From the NCBI GenBank assembly GCA_036785375.1, contig JAWMAR010000077.1, positions 1,612,001 to 1,676,000 of the forward strand: a DNA stretch of 64,000 bases, in the 5' to 3' direction. Each line of letters starts with the position of its first letter. The first letter of the stretch is position 1. Positions 12,079-24,150 of this stretch are shown in pieces. A program made the translations under genes and the position numbers. The DNA comes from Leucoraja ocellata. Taxonomy: Eukaryota. Below the pieces are notes generated by a model. It did not search any database. It was not told the origin of the DNA and saw nothing but the letters and a program-made list of their open reading frames with translations.

Positions 12079-12629
12079 AGGGTCTTCAGATCCTTCTGAA
12101 GATCCTCCTGTACCTATATCTTCCCCCCTTACATCCATCCAGGGATTCTAGTGGTCCTTCGGTGTGGAAGATTTCAACCTTCACGTGGTCCGCCCTGTTT
12201 TGATTAATGCAATCAACTCGACGTGCACAAACAGAAGATCAAATAGAACAAGTTGTCCTACAATTTTAGGTTGTGCACGCCACACGAAAGAAGAAGCAGA
12301 AGCAGTCCTTCCAGGTGAGACAAATGCACCTCCTCTAACCATTAACTCCCCTTCCCATTCATATACTGGCCTTGTTGACCTGGGCCACCACCATGCCAGA
12401 GTAAGACCACATGCAAACTGGAAGAGCAGTACCTCTCTTTCCAATTGGATATCTTGCAGCTTAATGTTTACTTTAGTTTATTATTGCAAGTGTACAGAAG
12501 TGCAGTGAAAAGCTTTTTGTTGTGGGCTTTCCAGTAAAAAAAAACTCTATACATGATTACAAGCAAGCTGTCCACAGTGTAAAGGTAAAGCTTGAAGGGT
12601 ACAACATTTTGTGCACGACAAAGTCTGAT

Positions 12630-13032
12630 AGAAGATTGAGGGGGGATCTTATAGAAACTTACAAAATTCTTAAGGGGTTGGACACGCTAGATGCAGGAAG
12701 ATTATTCCCGATGTTGGGGAAGTCCAGAACAAGGGGTCACAGTTTAAGGATAAGGGGGAAATCTTTTAGGACCGAGATGAGGAAAACATTTTTCACACAG
12801 AGAGTGGTGAATCTCTGGAATTCTCTGCCACAGAAGGTAGTTGAGGCCAGTTCATTGGTTATATTTAAGAGGGAGTTAGATGTGGCCCATGTGTCTATAG
12901 AGATCAGGGGGTATGGAGAGAAGGCAGGTACAGGATACTGAGTTGGATGATCAGCCATGATCATATTGAATGGCGGTGCAGGCTCGAAGGGCCGAATGGC
13001 CTACTCCTACACCTATTTTCTATGTTTCTATG
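12630..13032 (+). mobile_element. CR1 LINE 3' fragment
   Basis: RRLRGDLIETYK..GTGY*, same 3' UTR and TTCTATG tail as 232-1674. Confidence 0.9.
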
Positions 13033-13479
13033 ATAAAATATAGTTCAAAGGTCTCCAATGAGGTAGATGGGAGGTCAGGATGGCACTTTAGTTGGCGAGA
13101 AGACGATTCAGTTGCTTGATAGCAGCTGGGAAGAAACGATCCCTGAATCTGGAGTAAAGTGTTTTCAAACTTCTGTGCCTCTTGCCTGATGGGAAAGGGG
13201 GTAGTGACCAGGCGAGACCAGTTTTTGATTGTGCTGGTGGCCTTGTCAAGACAATGTGAAGTGTAGATGGAGTCAATGTTGGTTTGCGTGATGATCTAGG
13301 CTATGTCCACAACTCTCTGAATTTTCTTGTGGTCAAGAATGGTGCTGTTCCCAAACTAGGCTATGATGCATCCCAATAAAATGGTTTCTATGGGGCATCT
13401 GTAGAAGCTGGTAAGTGATGTTGGGACATGCTGAACTTCCTCAGCCTTCTAAGGAAGTAGACAAAATGTGTAATAAAGA

Positions 13480-13640
13480 AGTACAGATGCTAGTTTACAT
13501 CGAAGATAGGCTCAAAATGATGGAGTAACTCAGTAGGTCAGGCAGTCTGAAGAATGGTCTTGACCCGAAACGTCATCTATTCCTTTTCTCCGGAGATGCT
13601 GCCTGATCCATTGAGTTACACCAGCATGTTGAGTCTATCG
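13480..13640. mobile_element. Palindromic Penelope-derived repeat with central hammerhead-like core
   Basis: Inverted arms (~13505-13545 vs ~13599-13640) enclosing CTGAAGA-stem-GAAACGTC at 13547-13574. Confidence 0.6.
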
Positions 13641-13934
13641 CAGTAAGCAGATATGCTGGTATGCTTTCCCTGCCCGAGCTTCGATGTGGTTGGTTAAGGA
13701 AGGATTTATAGTGATCTTTATTCCTTGGAACTTTAAACTTTTGATGATCTCTACTTCGGTGCCTTTAATGTATACTGGTGTGTGTGTGTACCTCATTGCT
13801 TTCTGAAGTAAAACATAATCTTGCTGACATTGAAGGAAGGTTTTTTGTTATTGCACCAGGTTGCAAGGTTCTCATTCTCCTTCTTGAACTGGGGTGGGGG
13901 GTTGTGCTGAGAATACATCATCTCAGACATGAGT

Positions 13935-13962
13935 CTGAAGAAGGGTCTCGACCCGAAACATC
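13935..13962 (+). ncRNA. Minimal hammerhead ribozyme motif (Penelope-type)
   Basis: CTGAAGA-A-GGGT(CTCG)ACCC-GAAAC; activity untested. Confidence 0.55.
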
Positions 13963-14399
13963 ACCATTCCTCCTCTCCAGAGAAGCGGCCTGTCCCGTTG
14001 AGTTATTCCAGCATTTTGTGTCTATCTTCAAAAGGTCAAATATCCACGTCCTCCGGAGATGCTGCCAGACCCGCTGGGTTACTCCAGTACTCAGTCACTT
14101 TTTTTTGTACACCAGCACCTGCAGTTCCTTGAGTCTCGAAGGATCTTCAGATGCTGGTCTCGGACACTGAGATCACAGTGTCATGGGGGATGTGGAGAAT
14201 CGTGAAGGCCCTTTGTTCTTCCCTTTGATGCAAACATAGAAGACATTGAGCTCATCCAGAAGTGATCTTTCTATGTCACCCGACCTACTTACTGTCACCT
14301 TGTAGGACGTGATGATGTCCAAGTCCTGCCAGACCTGTTGAGCATCCACCTCATCAACCGCCCTGAACATTTATGCTCACCACCAACTGCGCTTAATAA

Positions 14400-16890
14400 C
14401 AATTGACAATTGACAATAGACTATAGATGCAGGAGGAGGCCATTCGGCCCTTCGAGCCAGCACCGCCATTCAATGTGATCATGGCTGATCATCCCCAATC
14501 AGTAACTGCCTTCTCCCCATATCCCCTGACTCCGCTATTTTTAAGAACCCTATCTAGCTCTCTCTTGAAAGCATCCAGAGAACCTGCCTCCACTGCCTCC
14601 TGAGGCAGAGAATTCCACAGACTCACCACTCTCTATGAGAAAAGTGTTTCCTTGTCTCCGTTCTAAATGGTTTACTCCTTATTCCTGAACTATGGCCCCT
14701 GGTTCTGGACCACTCTAACATTGGGAACATGTTTCCTGCCTCTAGTGTGTCCAAACCCTTAACAATCTTATATGTTTCAATGAGATACCCTCTCATCCTT
14801 CTAAACTCCAGTGTACAAGCCCAGCTGCTCCATTCTCTCAGCATATGATAGTCCCGCCATCCCGGGAATTAACCTTGTAAACCTACGCTGCACTCTCTCA
14901 TTAGCAAGAATGTCCTTCCTCAAATTAGGGGACCAAAATTTCACACAATACTCCAGGTGTGGTCTCACTAGGGCTCTGTGCAACTGCAGAAGGACCTCTT
15001 TGCTCCTATATTCGATTCCTCTTGTTATAAATAGACAATAGACAATAGGTGCAGGAGTAGACCATTCAGCCCTTCGAGCCAGCACCTCCATTCAATGTCA
15101 TCATGGCCAATCAGTACCCCGTTCCTGCCTTTTCCCCATATCCCCATATCCCCTGACTCCGCTTTAAGAGCCCTATCCAGCTCTCTCTTGAAAGCATCCA
15201 GAGAATCTGCCTCCACCACCCTCTGAGGCAGAGAATTCCACACACTCACAACTCATTGTGAGAAAAAGTGTTTCCTCGTCTTCGTTCAGACTGGCCAGGG
15301 TGTCAGCTTGCCCAATGGCAAGTGGGCCCCTGATGAAGTGGGCCCCCTTTGTCTCCTGGCAACCCATATTTTTAGACCCAGTCTGCTACTGAACTGTGGT
15401 CCCTGGTTCTGGACTCCCCCAACATCGGGAGCATGCTTCCTGCCTCCAGCGTGTCCAGACCCTTAACAATCTTATATGTTTCAATAAGATCCCTTCTCAT
15501 CCTTCTAAACTCCAGAGTACAAGCCCAGCTGCTTCATTCTCTCCGCATATGAGGCCAACATGCCATTCGCTTTTTTCACTGCCTGCTGTACCTGCATGCT
15601 TACTTTCATAGACCCACTAGGCACTGCCTGCCATTCTGAAAGAGACCCGTTAATCCCTACTCTTTGTTTCCTGTCTGCCAACCACTTCTCTATTCATGTC
15701 AGCACTCTACCCCCAATACCATGTGCCCTATTTTTGCCCACTAATCTCCTATGTGGGACCTTATCAAATGCTTTCTGAAAGTCCAGGTATACTACATCCA
15801 CTGGCTCTCCCTCATCCATTATCCTAGTTACATCTTCAAAAAAATTCCAGAAGATTTAGTCAAGAACTCGGACCTTTACTTTACTGAGACAAAGGGGGCC
15901 CACTTCATCAGGGGCCCACTTTACTGTTACTACTATCCAAATGTTCAGCTATCTCATCTTTTATAATTGACTCCAGCATCTTCCCCACCACCGATGTCAG
16001 GCTAACTGGTTTATAATTCCATGTTTTCTCTCTCCCACCTTTCTTAAAAAATTGGATAACATTAGCTACCAATCCACAGGAACTGATCCTGAGTCTATAG
16101 AACATTGGAAAATGATCACCAACGCATCCACGATTTCTATAGCCACGTCCTTATGTACCCTGGGATGCAGACCTTGGGGATTTATCAGCCTTCAGTCCCA
16201 TCAGTCTATCCAACACAATTTCCTGCCTAATGTGGATTTCTTCCAGTTCCTCCGTCACCCTCGGTCCACTGGCCACTTTTATATCAGGAAGATTGTTTGG
16301 GCCCTCCTTAGGGAAGACAGATCCAAAGTACCTGTTCAACTCATGGCAGATGCCATTTCCTTGTTCCCCATAATAAATTCACCTTTTTCGGTCTTCAACG
16401 GTCCAACTTTGGTCTTAACTAATTTTTTTCCTCTTCACATACCTAAATAAGCTTTTACTATCGTGCTTTATATTCTTGGCTAGCTTACCTTCGCACCTCA
16501 TCTTTTCTTCCCGTATTGTCTTTTTGGTTATTTACTGTTCTTTAAACATTACCCAATCCTCTTGCTTCTCACTCATCTTTGCTGCATTGTACTTCTTCAC
16601 TTTAATTTTCATCCTGTCCCTGACGTCCCTTGTCAGCCATGGTTGTCCCTTTCTCCCCTTGGAATCTTTCTTCCTCCTAGGAATGAACTGATTCTGCACC
16701 TTCTGTATTATTCCTAGAAATTCCTGCCATCTTTGTTCCACTGTCATCCCTACTCACGCATCTTTCCAGTCAACTTTGGCCAGCTCCTCCCTCATGGCCC
16801 CATAGTCCCCTTTATTCAACTGTAACACTGACACCTCCGATCTACCCTTCTCCCTCTCCAATTGTAGATTAAACCTGACCATGTTATGCA
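14400..16890 (-). mobile_element. Two adjacent decayed CR1 LINE fragments (14400-15026 and ~15030-16890, the latter internally deleted)
   Basis: Minus-strand RT fragments (RPHLEYC, KKGGREK..NYKPVSLTS, QPWLTR); (ATTGTC/ATTGTCT)n tails. Confidence 0.85.
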
Positions 16891-17281
16891 GATAAGATAT
16901 TGCAGATAACTGCGCTCTCTCTGCAGGTTATGAGATGCACTACAATTATTCACCCATATTACTGACAATTCTCTTCCATCATAGATTAATTTAACTGGGG
17001 CATTGATACCTGCAGATTCCCCTCCAGGTTGCATGCCATTCCAAATTGTAAATATGTATCTCTGTCCCATGGACTATAGCGACTTACTTATTAAATTCAT
17101 TCAGTGCCTATGCAGGATAATTTCTGGATTTGAAGTGCCCTATTTTGTTACTACCAGCGAGAAGGAGGTACAGGAGCCTAAAGACCGTGACCTCCAGCTT
17201 CAAGACCAGCTTCTTCCCTGCAACCATCAGTTCTTGAACACTAAACAACACTAACCTCAGCAACTATGATATTCTGTTGAC

Positions 17282-17475
17282 TGCCACAGAAGGTAGTTGA
17301 GGCCCGTTCATTGGCTATATTTAAGAGGGAGTTAGATGTGGCCCTTATGGCTAAAGGGATCAGGGGTATGGAGAGAAGGCAGGTACGGGATACTGAGTTG
17401 GATGATCAGCCATGATCATATTGAATGGCGGTGCAGGCTCTTGCACCTATTTTATATGTTTCTATGTTTCTATGA
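17282..17475 (+). mobile_element. CR1 LINE 3' tail
   Basis: Matches the 3' end of 232-1674. Confidence 0.8.
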
Positions 17476-18492
17476 CTATGTCTTTGGTTTCGTTGCGGAC
17501 TTGGATCTTTTCATTATTTTGGTTATGTAGTGATGCTGTTTTGATGGTTATATATATCAGCGTGCTGTTGCATTTACCGGCCTGTTAAACTGCAGGAAGT
17601 AAGAATGTAATTGTTCCGTTGTCGGTATCGATGCCAATTATACCGTCTTGACCCTTGAACCTTGGTCGGGGGTCGTGCAAGGAAACGGCGACCAGGAGAA
17701 ATACCTTTAGTTGATGACCTTAATGAATGGGAACGCGTTGAAGGGACCACTGACGTGCTCTTGCTCATTTTCTCCATTTTTTTAATGTCCTCAGTTCTCT
17801 GGCATGACATTTGAACCAATGAGAGATAAACCGAAGTGTCCAATGTTTACAGGTCCCTTCAAATACTTGTGATTGCAAGGAAAAATTTAAAAAAACGCTG
17901 GAAGCACTTAGCAGATCGAGCAGTAGCTATGCTGCCAGACTGAGACTTCTGAACTTGGTATAATCACCGAGGTGGCAAGGACTAATGTTGAAAATATAAC
18001 GGGGAGATCACAAGAAGATACGAGATAATGTCATGGGGAATGTTTGAGGCAAAGTGCAACCAGGATGGCAAGCATGGACAGAAGAACGGTGAATACGAGA
18101 ACGTAGGAACAAAAATACAACAGATGCTTGTTTATAACAAAGATCGATACAAAGTGCTGGAGGAACTCGGCGGGTCAGGCAGCATTTCTGAAAGAAAAGG
18201 GCAGGTGATAGACATTCCGATGCGGGATTCTTCAGTCTGAAGTAGGGTCTCGGCCCGAAACCTATTCTTTTTCTCCAGAGATGTTGCCTGGCCCGCTGAG
18301 TTACTCCAGCACTTTGTGTCTAACTGTGAATGTGATCTTATTGCTGTTGCTTCCAAAGCAAGCGAGAACTTGCGCGACAGCTAGTATCAACTGCATGACT
18401 TCAATGTTGCAACTTATTTATTTGAAGGTGCTCTGTCTGCAGACTGGTCGTAAAACCACTCCTGTTCCCACCTTTCTCTGGGCAAATGTATT

Positions 18493-19142
18493 TTTTATTT
18501 ATTTATTTATTTTTTTTATTAGAAGTACGGTAAATTACAATTCTACACAACACATATATCTTAATACATTTTTTGTACCGCTTCTTTTTTTTTTTTAGAG
18601 CTTTAAGAAAAAGGTAGAAGTTAGGAAAGTAAAGAAAGTACAAGAGAGTCGTGCAGTGCAAGAGTGTAGGGAAAAGAAAGCCCCTTAGGAAAGAAGTTAG
18701 AGAAGGAAGTAAAGTGAGAAAATAGACCCTAGAAAAGAGAGAAAGAGAAAGTAGAAACAATCGCTCTATTATAACATTAAACTCCGCAGAAAGGGGACTA
18801 CCAACCAAGTTTGTTTTTGTTATTTTACCTCCCGTTACCAGGTCCTGATTCCGCTTATTTATATATTTGTTTTTTTTTAGGTTACTATTGCACCTCATGC
18901 TTGTAATAGGTCCAGAAACATAGACCACGTCTTTTGAAATTGGTCTGCTTTACCTGCTAGGAGGAATCTCATCTCTTCCAGATGTAATGTTTCAAACATA
19001 TTTGATATCCACATTTTTATTGTTGGTGTCGGCGCATTTTTCCAGAATTTAAGTATAAGCTTTTTTCCCATTATTAGCCCGTAATTAAATAAATTCTTCT
19101 GAAACACGTTTAATTCAGGGTTATCTTCCGATATTCCGAAGA
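18493..19142 (-). mobile_element. L1/Tx1-clade LINE 3' fragment with 16-bp TSD, 109 bp upstream of the V2 ATG
   Basis: Encodes IFGISEDNPELNVFQKNL..FWKNAP, as at 45457-45813; (AAAT)n tail; TCTGGGCAAATGTATT at 18477-18492 and 19143-19158. Confidence 0.9.
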
Positions 19143-19267
19143 TCTGGGCAAATGTATTCACAAATCAACTTGCAGATAAAGGTGCAGACCACAGCCGGGG
19201 CACCTCGCATTTCATTCTAACCATGTGATCAGAGGAGCTAGTCCATCCGAATAGTTACCGCGGCAGC

Positions 19268-19675
19268 ATGTCGCTCCGTTGTCTAGTTAGCATCTGGTGG
19301 ATTTTCCTTGGTAAGTACTGTATGGAAACAACCACTTTCCCGTCTTTCCTTGTCCATGTAGCTTCAATGTTTTTTAATTTACAGCTGGATATTCTGCCAA
19401 TGATTTGCAACAGCCTCAGATATCGATCACGAAGCCTGTGACCACAACCGTGAAGATACAGTGTTTGGCAGAGGATGTCGATGATATCCATTGGTATCAA
19501 CAACGCAGCGACCAGGCGCCCAGAAGGATCCTGCGCTATAGCAAAGGGAAATCGGAGCGGGATCAGGGAATACCCGCCAAATTCTCAGCCGAGGGAAGTG
19601 ACTCAACTTTCTCTCTTGTGATTGATAACACCGACCTGTCTGATGCCGCCACCTATTACTGTGCCCGATGGGTCT
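19268..19675 (+). CDS. TRGV: TCR gamma variable segment V2 (leader 19268-19310, intron 19311-19384, V exon 19385-19675)
   Basis: Leader MSLRCLVSIWWIFL, GTAAGT..TTTACAG intron, LQQPQISITK..IQCLAEDVDDIHWYQQR..DAATYYCARWV. Confidence 0.88.
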
Positions 19676-19714
19676 CACAGTGTGATGCAATGACAGGTGT
19701 TCGATACAAAAACC
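19676..19714 (+). other. 23-RSS of V2 (perfect consensus)
   Basis: CACAGTG + 23 nt + ACAAAAACC. Confidence 0.97.
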
Positions 19715-20041
19715 CCTCGAGCCTCTCTGGCAGCTTGACTGCTCGCCGAGCATTGGGAACTCCGGTTTATTGCCAGAGGGAGCGTTCCCAGTCAATGAGT
19801 GGGATTGGTATTGCATTTACCGATACTTTGACACTCTGCCTGTAGCGCTTGGTTTGCGCTCCAGCACCACGCGGTGAGGCGGAGATCCGGAGTGAAATTT
19901 ATCTCTGAGCTGGAATAGGAAACGACATCGCACCAAATGGAAGCGGCAACTTCCTGGTGCTACAAAAGTGGGGCGGTGGTGAGACCAGTAGCCAGCAGCA
20001 TCTCAGTCGCCTGGCTGGACGCGATGCCCCAACTCCTGAAC

Positions 20042-20485
20042 ATGAGGGCGGCCTTGGCTGTCATTGTATTGATCTCCTTTCTCTGTCAGTGGTTAGCATT
20101 TTAACGACCATTTTCATCAGCCTTTCACTGTTACCGTGTGAAAGATTTCGATAACCATGTGCTCTTTCCTCCTGCAGGTATATCGGCGGCTCAAATATTG
20201 ACGCAGTCTCAATTATCGATCACTAAAGGTCCAACGAAACCTGTCCACTTTTACTGTGAGGTTGGAAATATAGATTTGGAAGAAGCCGTTATACATTGGT
20301 ACCGGCAGAGGCCGGGGGAAGGGCTGCAGCGGCTTTTGTATTTTAAGACTGCATACGAATATCAGAAAGATGTGGCGGATGAACGATTCACTGCTAGTAA
20401 AATATCTGAGAAAAAATCGTGCACTCTGCTCCTGACGAATATCCGAGCGGACGATGCTGGTACCTATTACTGTGCTTATTGGCTA
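20042..20485 (+). CDS. TRGV: TCR gamma variable segment V3 (leader 20042-20084, intron 20085-20177, V exon 20178-20485)
   Basis: Leader MRAALAVIVLISFL, GTCAGT..CCTGCAG intron, LTQSQLSITK..YCEV..VIHWYRQRPGEGLQRLLY..DAGTYYCAYWL. Confidence 0.92.
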
Positions 20486-20524
20486 CACAGTGGCCGAGAG
20501 CGACGGGAAGCCAGTACATAAACC
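20486..20524 (+). other. 23-RSS of V3
   Basis: CACAGTG + 23 nt + ACATAAACC. Confidence 0.95.
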
Positions 20525-20734
20525 CAACTTGTGCGCAACATGTTCAAGTGGTTCGAGACCAAATCACAGGTGTGGCGTCTGCAGATCTCCGCGAACATCT
20601 GCGTATACCGGGAGGCATTCGGTTTTCTCCACGATGTTATTTGCATTTTATTTTATAACTGGAATGAATAAAGTTGTTTTGACAAATTAAAAATGCGCAT
20701 CAACGTGGATCCGAAGGACATACATTAGTTCATA

Positions 20735-21117
20735 TGTTCGTGTGATGGGAGCAGAATTAGGCCATTTGGCCCATCATGCCTACTTCACCATTCAATCATG
20801 GCTGATCTATCTTCTCTCAACCTCGCCCTGCCTTCCCCCCATAACCCGTGACACGCATAGACGTCAAGAATCTATATCTGCTTTAAAAAATATCAATTGA
20901 CATGGCCTCCACAGCCTTCTGTGGCAATGAATTCCACAGATTCGCCACACTCTGACAAAAAAAATCTCCTCATCTCCTACCTGAGGGAAAGTCCATTTAT
21001 CCTGAGGCTATCACCTCTGGTCCCAGACTCTCCCACTAGTGGAACCATCTTCTCCACATCCACTCACTCTATCCAGGCTATTCGGTAACTTTCAATGAGG
21101 TCCCCCCTCATGCTTCT
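20735..21117 (-). mobile_element. Old CR1-type LINE tail downstream of V3
   Basis: Reverse complement of a CR1 3' UTR (TTCAATCATGGCTGATC..GAATTCCACAGATTC). Confidence 0.7.
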
Positions 21118-21397
21118 ATATGGATACCAACGAATACCCAAGCCACTTATGTCGACCCATGTTCACAAGGAACAAATAGTTCAATCTAAGCACCCTTCTC
21201 TGAACTAGAGTAATCGAATTGTACACCATGGGAAAATTGTCTTTCGGCCCACCATATCCATGTTGACCTTTTGTATGATCTATATTGAACCCATTTGCCG
21301 CGCATTAGCTCCGTATCCTTTTTTCTGCCTTATTGATATAACTACATTCATATGTGTCTCTTAAAGGATGTGGTTGTATCTGATTTATCCCTCCCCC

Positions 21398-21428
<31 letters not shown>

Positions 21429-21789
21429 ACACGCACACATACACGTTCCAGATATGAACCACTGTCAGTTAAAAACAACTTTCCTCTCAAACCCTTTGAA
21501 GGGTCTTGACCCGAATCGTCACCCATTCCCTGTCCCGCTGAGTTACTCCAGCATTTTGTGTCTATCCCCATTAAAACCTATCCTTCTCATCTTAAAGCTG
21601 TACCGTCTTGTTGTTGATATCCCATATCATTGAAAAGAGATTATATCTACTCTATCTATGGCACTTAATTTTACATCCCAATCTGCTCATTCCTCGCCCT
21701 CATTCTCCCCATAAATAAACAGCTCATCTGTCTCTTCCCATAGGTGAAGACCTCCAAGACAGGCAACTAGGACTGGATTGTAAACGGCA

Positions 21790-22190
21790 CGGCATAGTTG
21801 GGGTAGGTGGATTGGGAATGAGTGGCATTGGGTGCGTGGGTTTGATAATAGCTGGGTATGAGGAGCAGGTGGGTCTGGGAATAGGTGCATTTAAAGAGTG
21901 GGTAGGTTTGTGAATATGTGTGTTTGGGGAGTGGGTGTTTTGGGGTGGGTAACATTGGGACCAGGTGATTTGGGGGAGAGGGTAGGTTTGGGAGTAGATA
22001 GCATTGGCCAGTGGGTGGTTTTTAGGAGGAGGTAGGTTTGTGGCTTTGAGCAGTGGCTGGGTTTACGAGTGGATGATTTGGGTTTGGGAAGCGGATGATT
22101 AGAGAGTAGGTAGGCTGGGAGAGGATGGATTTGGACGTCGGTGGGTTTGTCCAGTCAGTGTGTTTGGACGTAGATGGCTTTGTGTTTGTT
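21790..22190 (+). repeat. Degenerate G/T-rich minisatellite (~16-bp unit resembling GAGTGGGTAGGTTTGG)
   Basis: Repeated GGGT(A/G)GG(T/A)TT(T)GG motifs and strong depletion of C on the + strand. Confidence 0.6.
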
Positions 22191-22346
22191 GCCTTATTGA
22201 AAGTAATGGCATATACCTTCTTTCAAAATCTTCTAGTGACTAAATAGTTCCTCCATGTTCACAACACAGATTCGGCCCTTTAGGAAAACCAATTTTCTTC
22301 ACGGCCACGGGCTTGGTACAAAATATCCCGATGAGAAAGAGTAATA

Positions 22347-22720
22347 TCTATATTACTAAAAGTCTGACCTTGACCGCTTTTGGCCCACTGTGCTGCAATT
22401 TCCGAGAGAACGCCGCCACCTATGGCCGTCATTTTTGGCCACCTCGCTCAGAGCCCCCCTCCGCCTTCCTAACCTGGAGGATTTTTCCCGTCGGGATATT
22501 AATGTTATTTTGAAAATTGCCATTTTCTCTGCTGCTCCCGCTGGGGGGGGGGGGGGGGGGAGGGACTGTAAAACCCGGAAGTGTATTCCATCACTCAGTC
22601 TCTGCCAGATCCAGGAAGCGAGAGGGTCACGGCTCTCAGAGCTGCGAATAACACTGAACGCACGTTTACTCCACGGTGAGTCCCCTTGATGCGGCTGTAA
22701 AGTGGCTGCTGCCCAATTGA
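22347..22720 (+). mobile_element. Helitron 5' fragment (same family as 30848-34220)
   Basis: Starts A|TCTATATTACTAAAA..TTTGGCCCACTGTGCTGC, homologous to 30848 onward. Confidence 0.75.
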
Positions 22721-22724
22721 AAAT

Positions 22725-23360
22725 GTATTTCAGTTCCTCTACCCCCTTAGATCCTCTGTCCGCCTGTACATCTGGGAGATTGTTTGTGTCTTCCTTAGGG
22801 AAGACAGATCCGAAGTACCTATTCAACTCTTCTGCCATTTCCTTGTTGCCCATAATAATTTCACCCATGTCAGCCTTCAAGGGACCCATATTTGACTTTG
22901 CTACTCTTTTTCCCTTAACATATCTAAAGAAGCTTTTACTGTCCTTCTTTATATTCCTGGCCAGCTTCCCTTCTATTTCATCTTTTAGCCTGTATTGCCC
23001 GTTTTCTTTCCTTCTGTTGTACTATGAAAGTTTCACAATCCTGTGGCTTCCGGCTACTCTTTTCTGTGTTATACATCTTTTCTTATAGTTTGATTCTATC
23101 CCTAACTTCTCTTGTTAGCCACGGTTGCTTCCTAGAATCTTTCTTCCTTTTTGGAATGAAATGATCCTGCGTCTTCTGGATTATGCCCAGTAATTCCTGC
23201 CGTTGCTGTTCCACCATCATTCCTGATAGGATCCCTTTCCAGTCTACCTTGGCCATCTCCTCCCTCATGCCTTCATAGTCCCCCTTGTTCAACTGCATCA
23301 CTGACACTTCCGATTTAACGTTCTCCTTCTCAAATTGCAGATGAAAACTAATTATATTAT
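22725..23360 (-). mobile_element. CR1 LINE ORF2 internal fragment
   Basis: MGPLKADMGEIIMGNKEMAEELNRYFGSVF; KQPWLTREV. Confidence 0.85.
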
Positions 23361-23850
23361 GTTCCTTTGTCCCGTTCCTTCCACTCATCTCCCACTCCTA
23401 CCTGCTACGTCCCCAATATCCTTTGATGTTCCCCTTTCACCCCTGATAACTTACCTTCCTATCACGATCCCTCCCCCCAGTTTTACATTTCACTCCTCAC
23501 CTTCCTTCCATATCTGATTCCACATCTGCACCATTTTTGCTCTATTTCACGTCGATGTTACAACAATCGCGAAGTCATTTAGTTTAGGCACCATTTGAAT
23601 GTTTGGTCACTCACTTGTACGTGATTGTTAACAATTTACAGACTACTGACGCGTTGTAATGGATATCTACATATCTTTATGTACTGTGATTCTCTTCTTC
23701 ATGGAAGTAGCCAAAAAAAAGATAGGTGTAGATGAAGAAGGCAGTTTCTGCACCCCTTTCTTTCAACATATACACTCGAGATTTCTGCCATCTGTGGAGG
23801 CAGGTGGATGGTCGCATTTTGATCCGAGATTGGGGATCGGGCGGTAGGAT

Positions 23851-24150
23851 CGGGCAGCAAGTTGGCACAGCCGTATAGCTGCTGTCTTACAGTGCCAGAG
23901 AACCGGGTTCGATCCTGACTATGGGTGTTGTCAATACCGAGTTTGTATGTTCTCCTTGTGACCGCATGGGTTTTCTCCGGGTGCACCGGTTTCCTCCCAT
24001 ATTCCAAAGACGTTCAGGTTTGTAGGATAATTGCCTTCTGTAAATTGTCCCTTGTGGGTCGGATAGAACTAGTGTTCGGGTGATCGCTGGTCATCGCGGT
24101 CTCGGTGGGCCGAAGGGTCTGTTTGTACGCCGTACATACATAAAAATAAA
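23851..24150 (+). mobile_element. tRNA-derived V-SINE (HE1-like)
   Basis: A/B-box head (TGGCACAGCCG..GGTTCGATCC), V-domain core GTTCTCCTTGTGACCGCATGGGTTTTCTCCGGGTGCACCGGTTTCCTCCCA, LINE-like tail. Confidence 0.8.
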
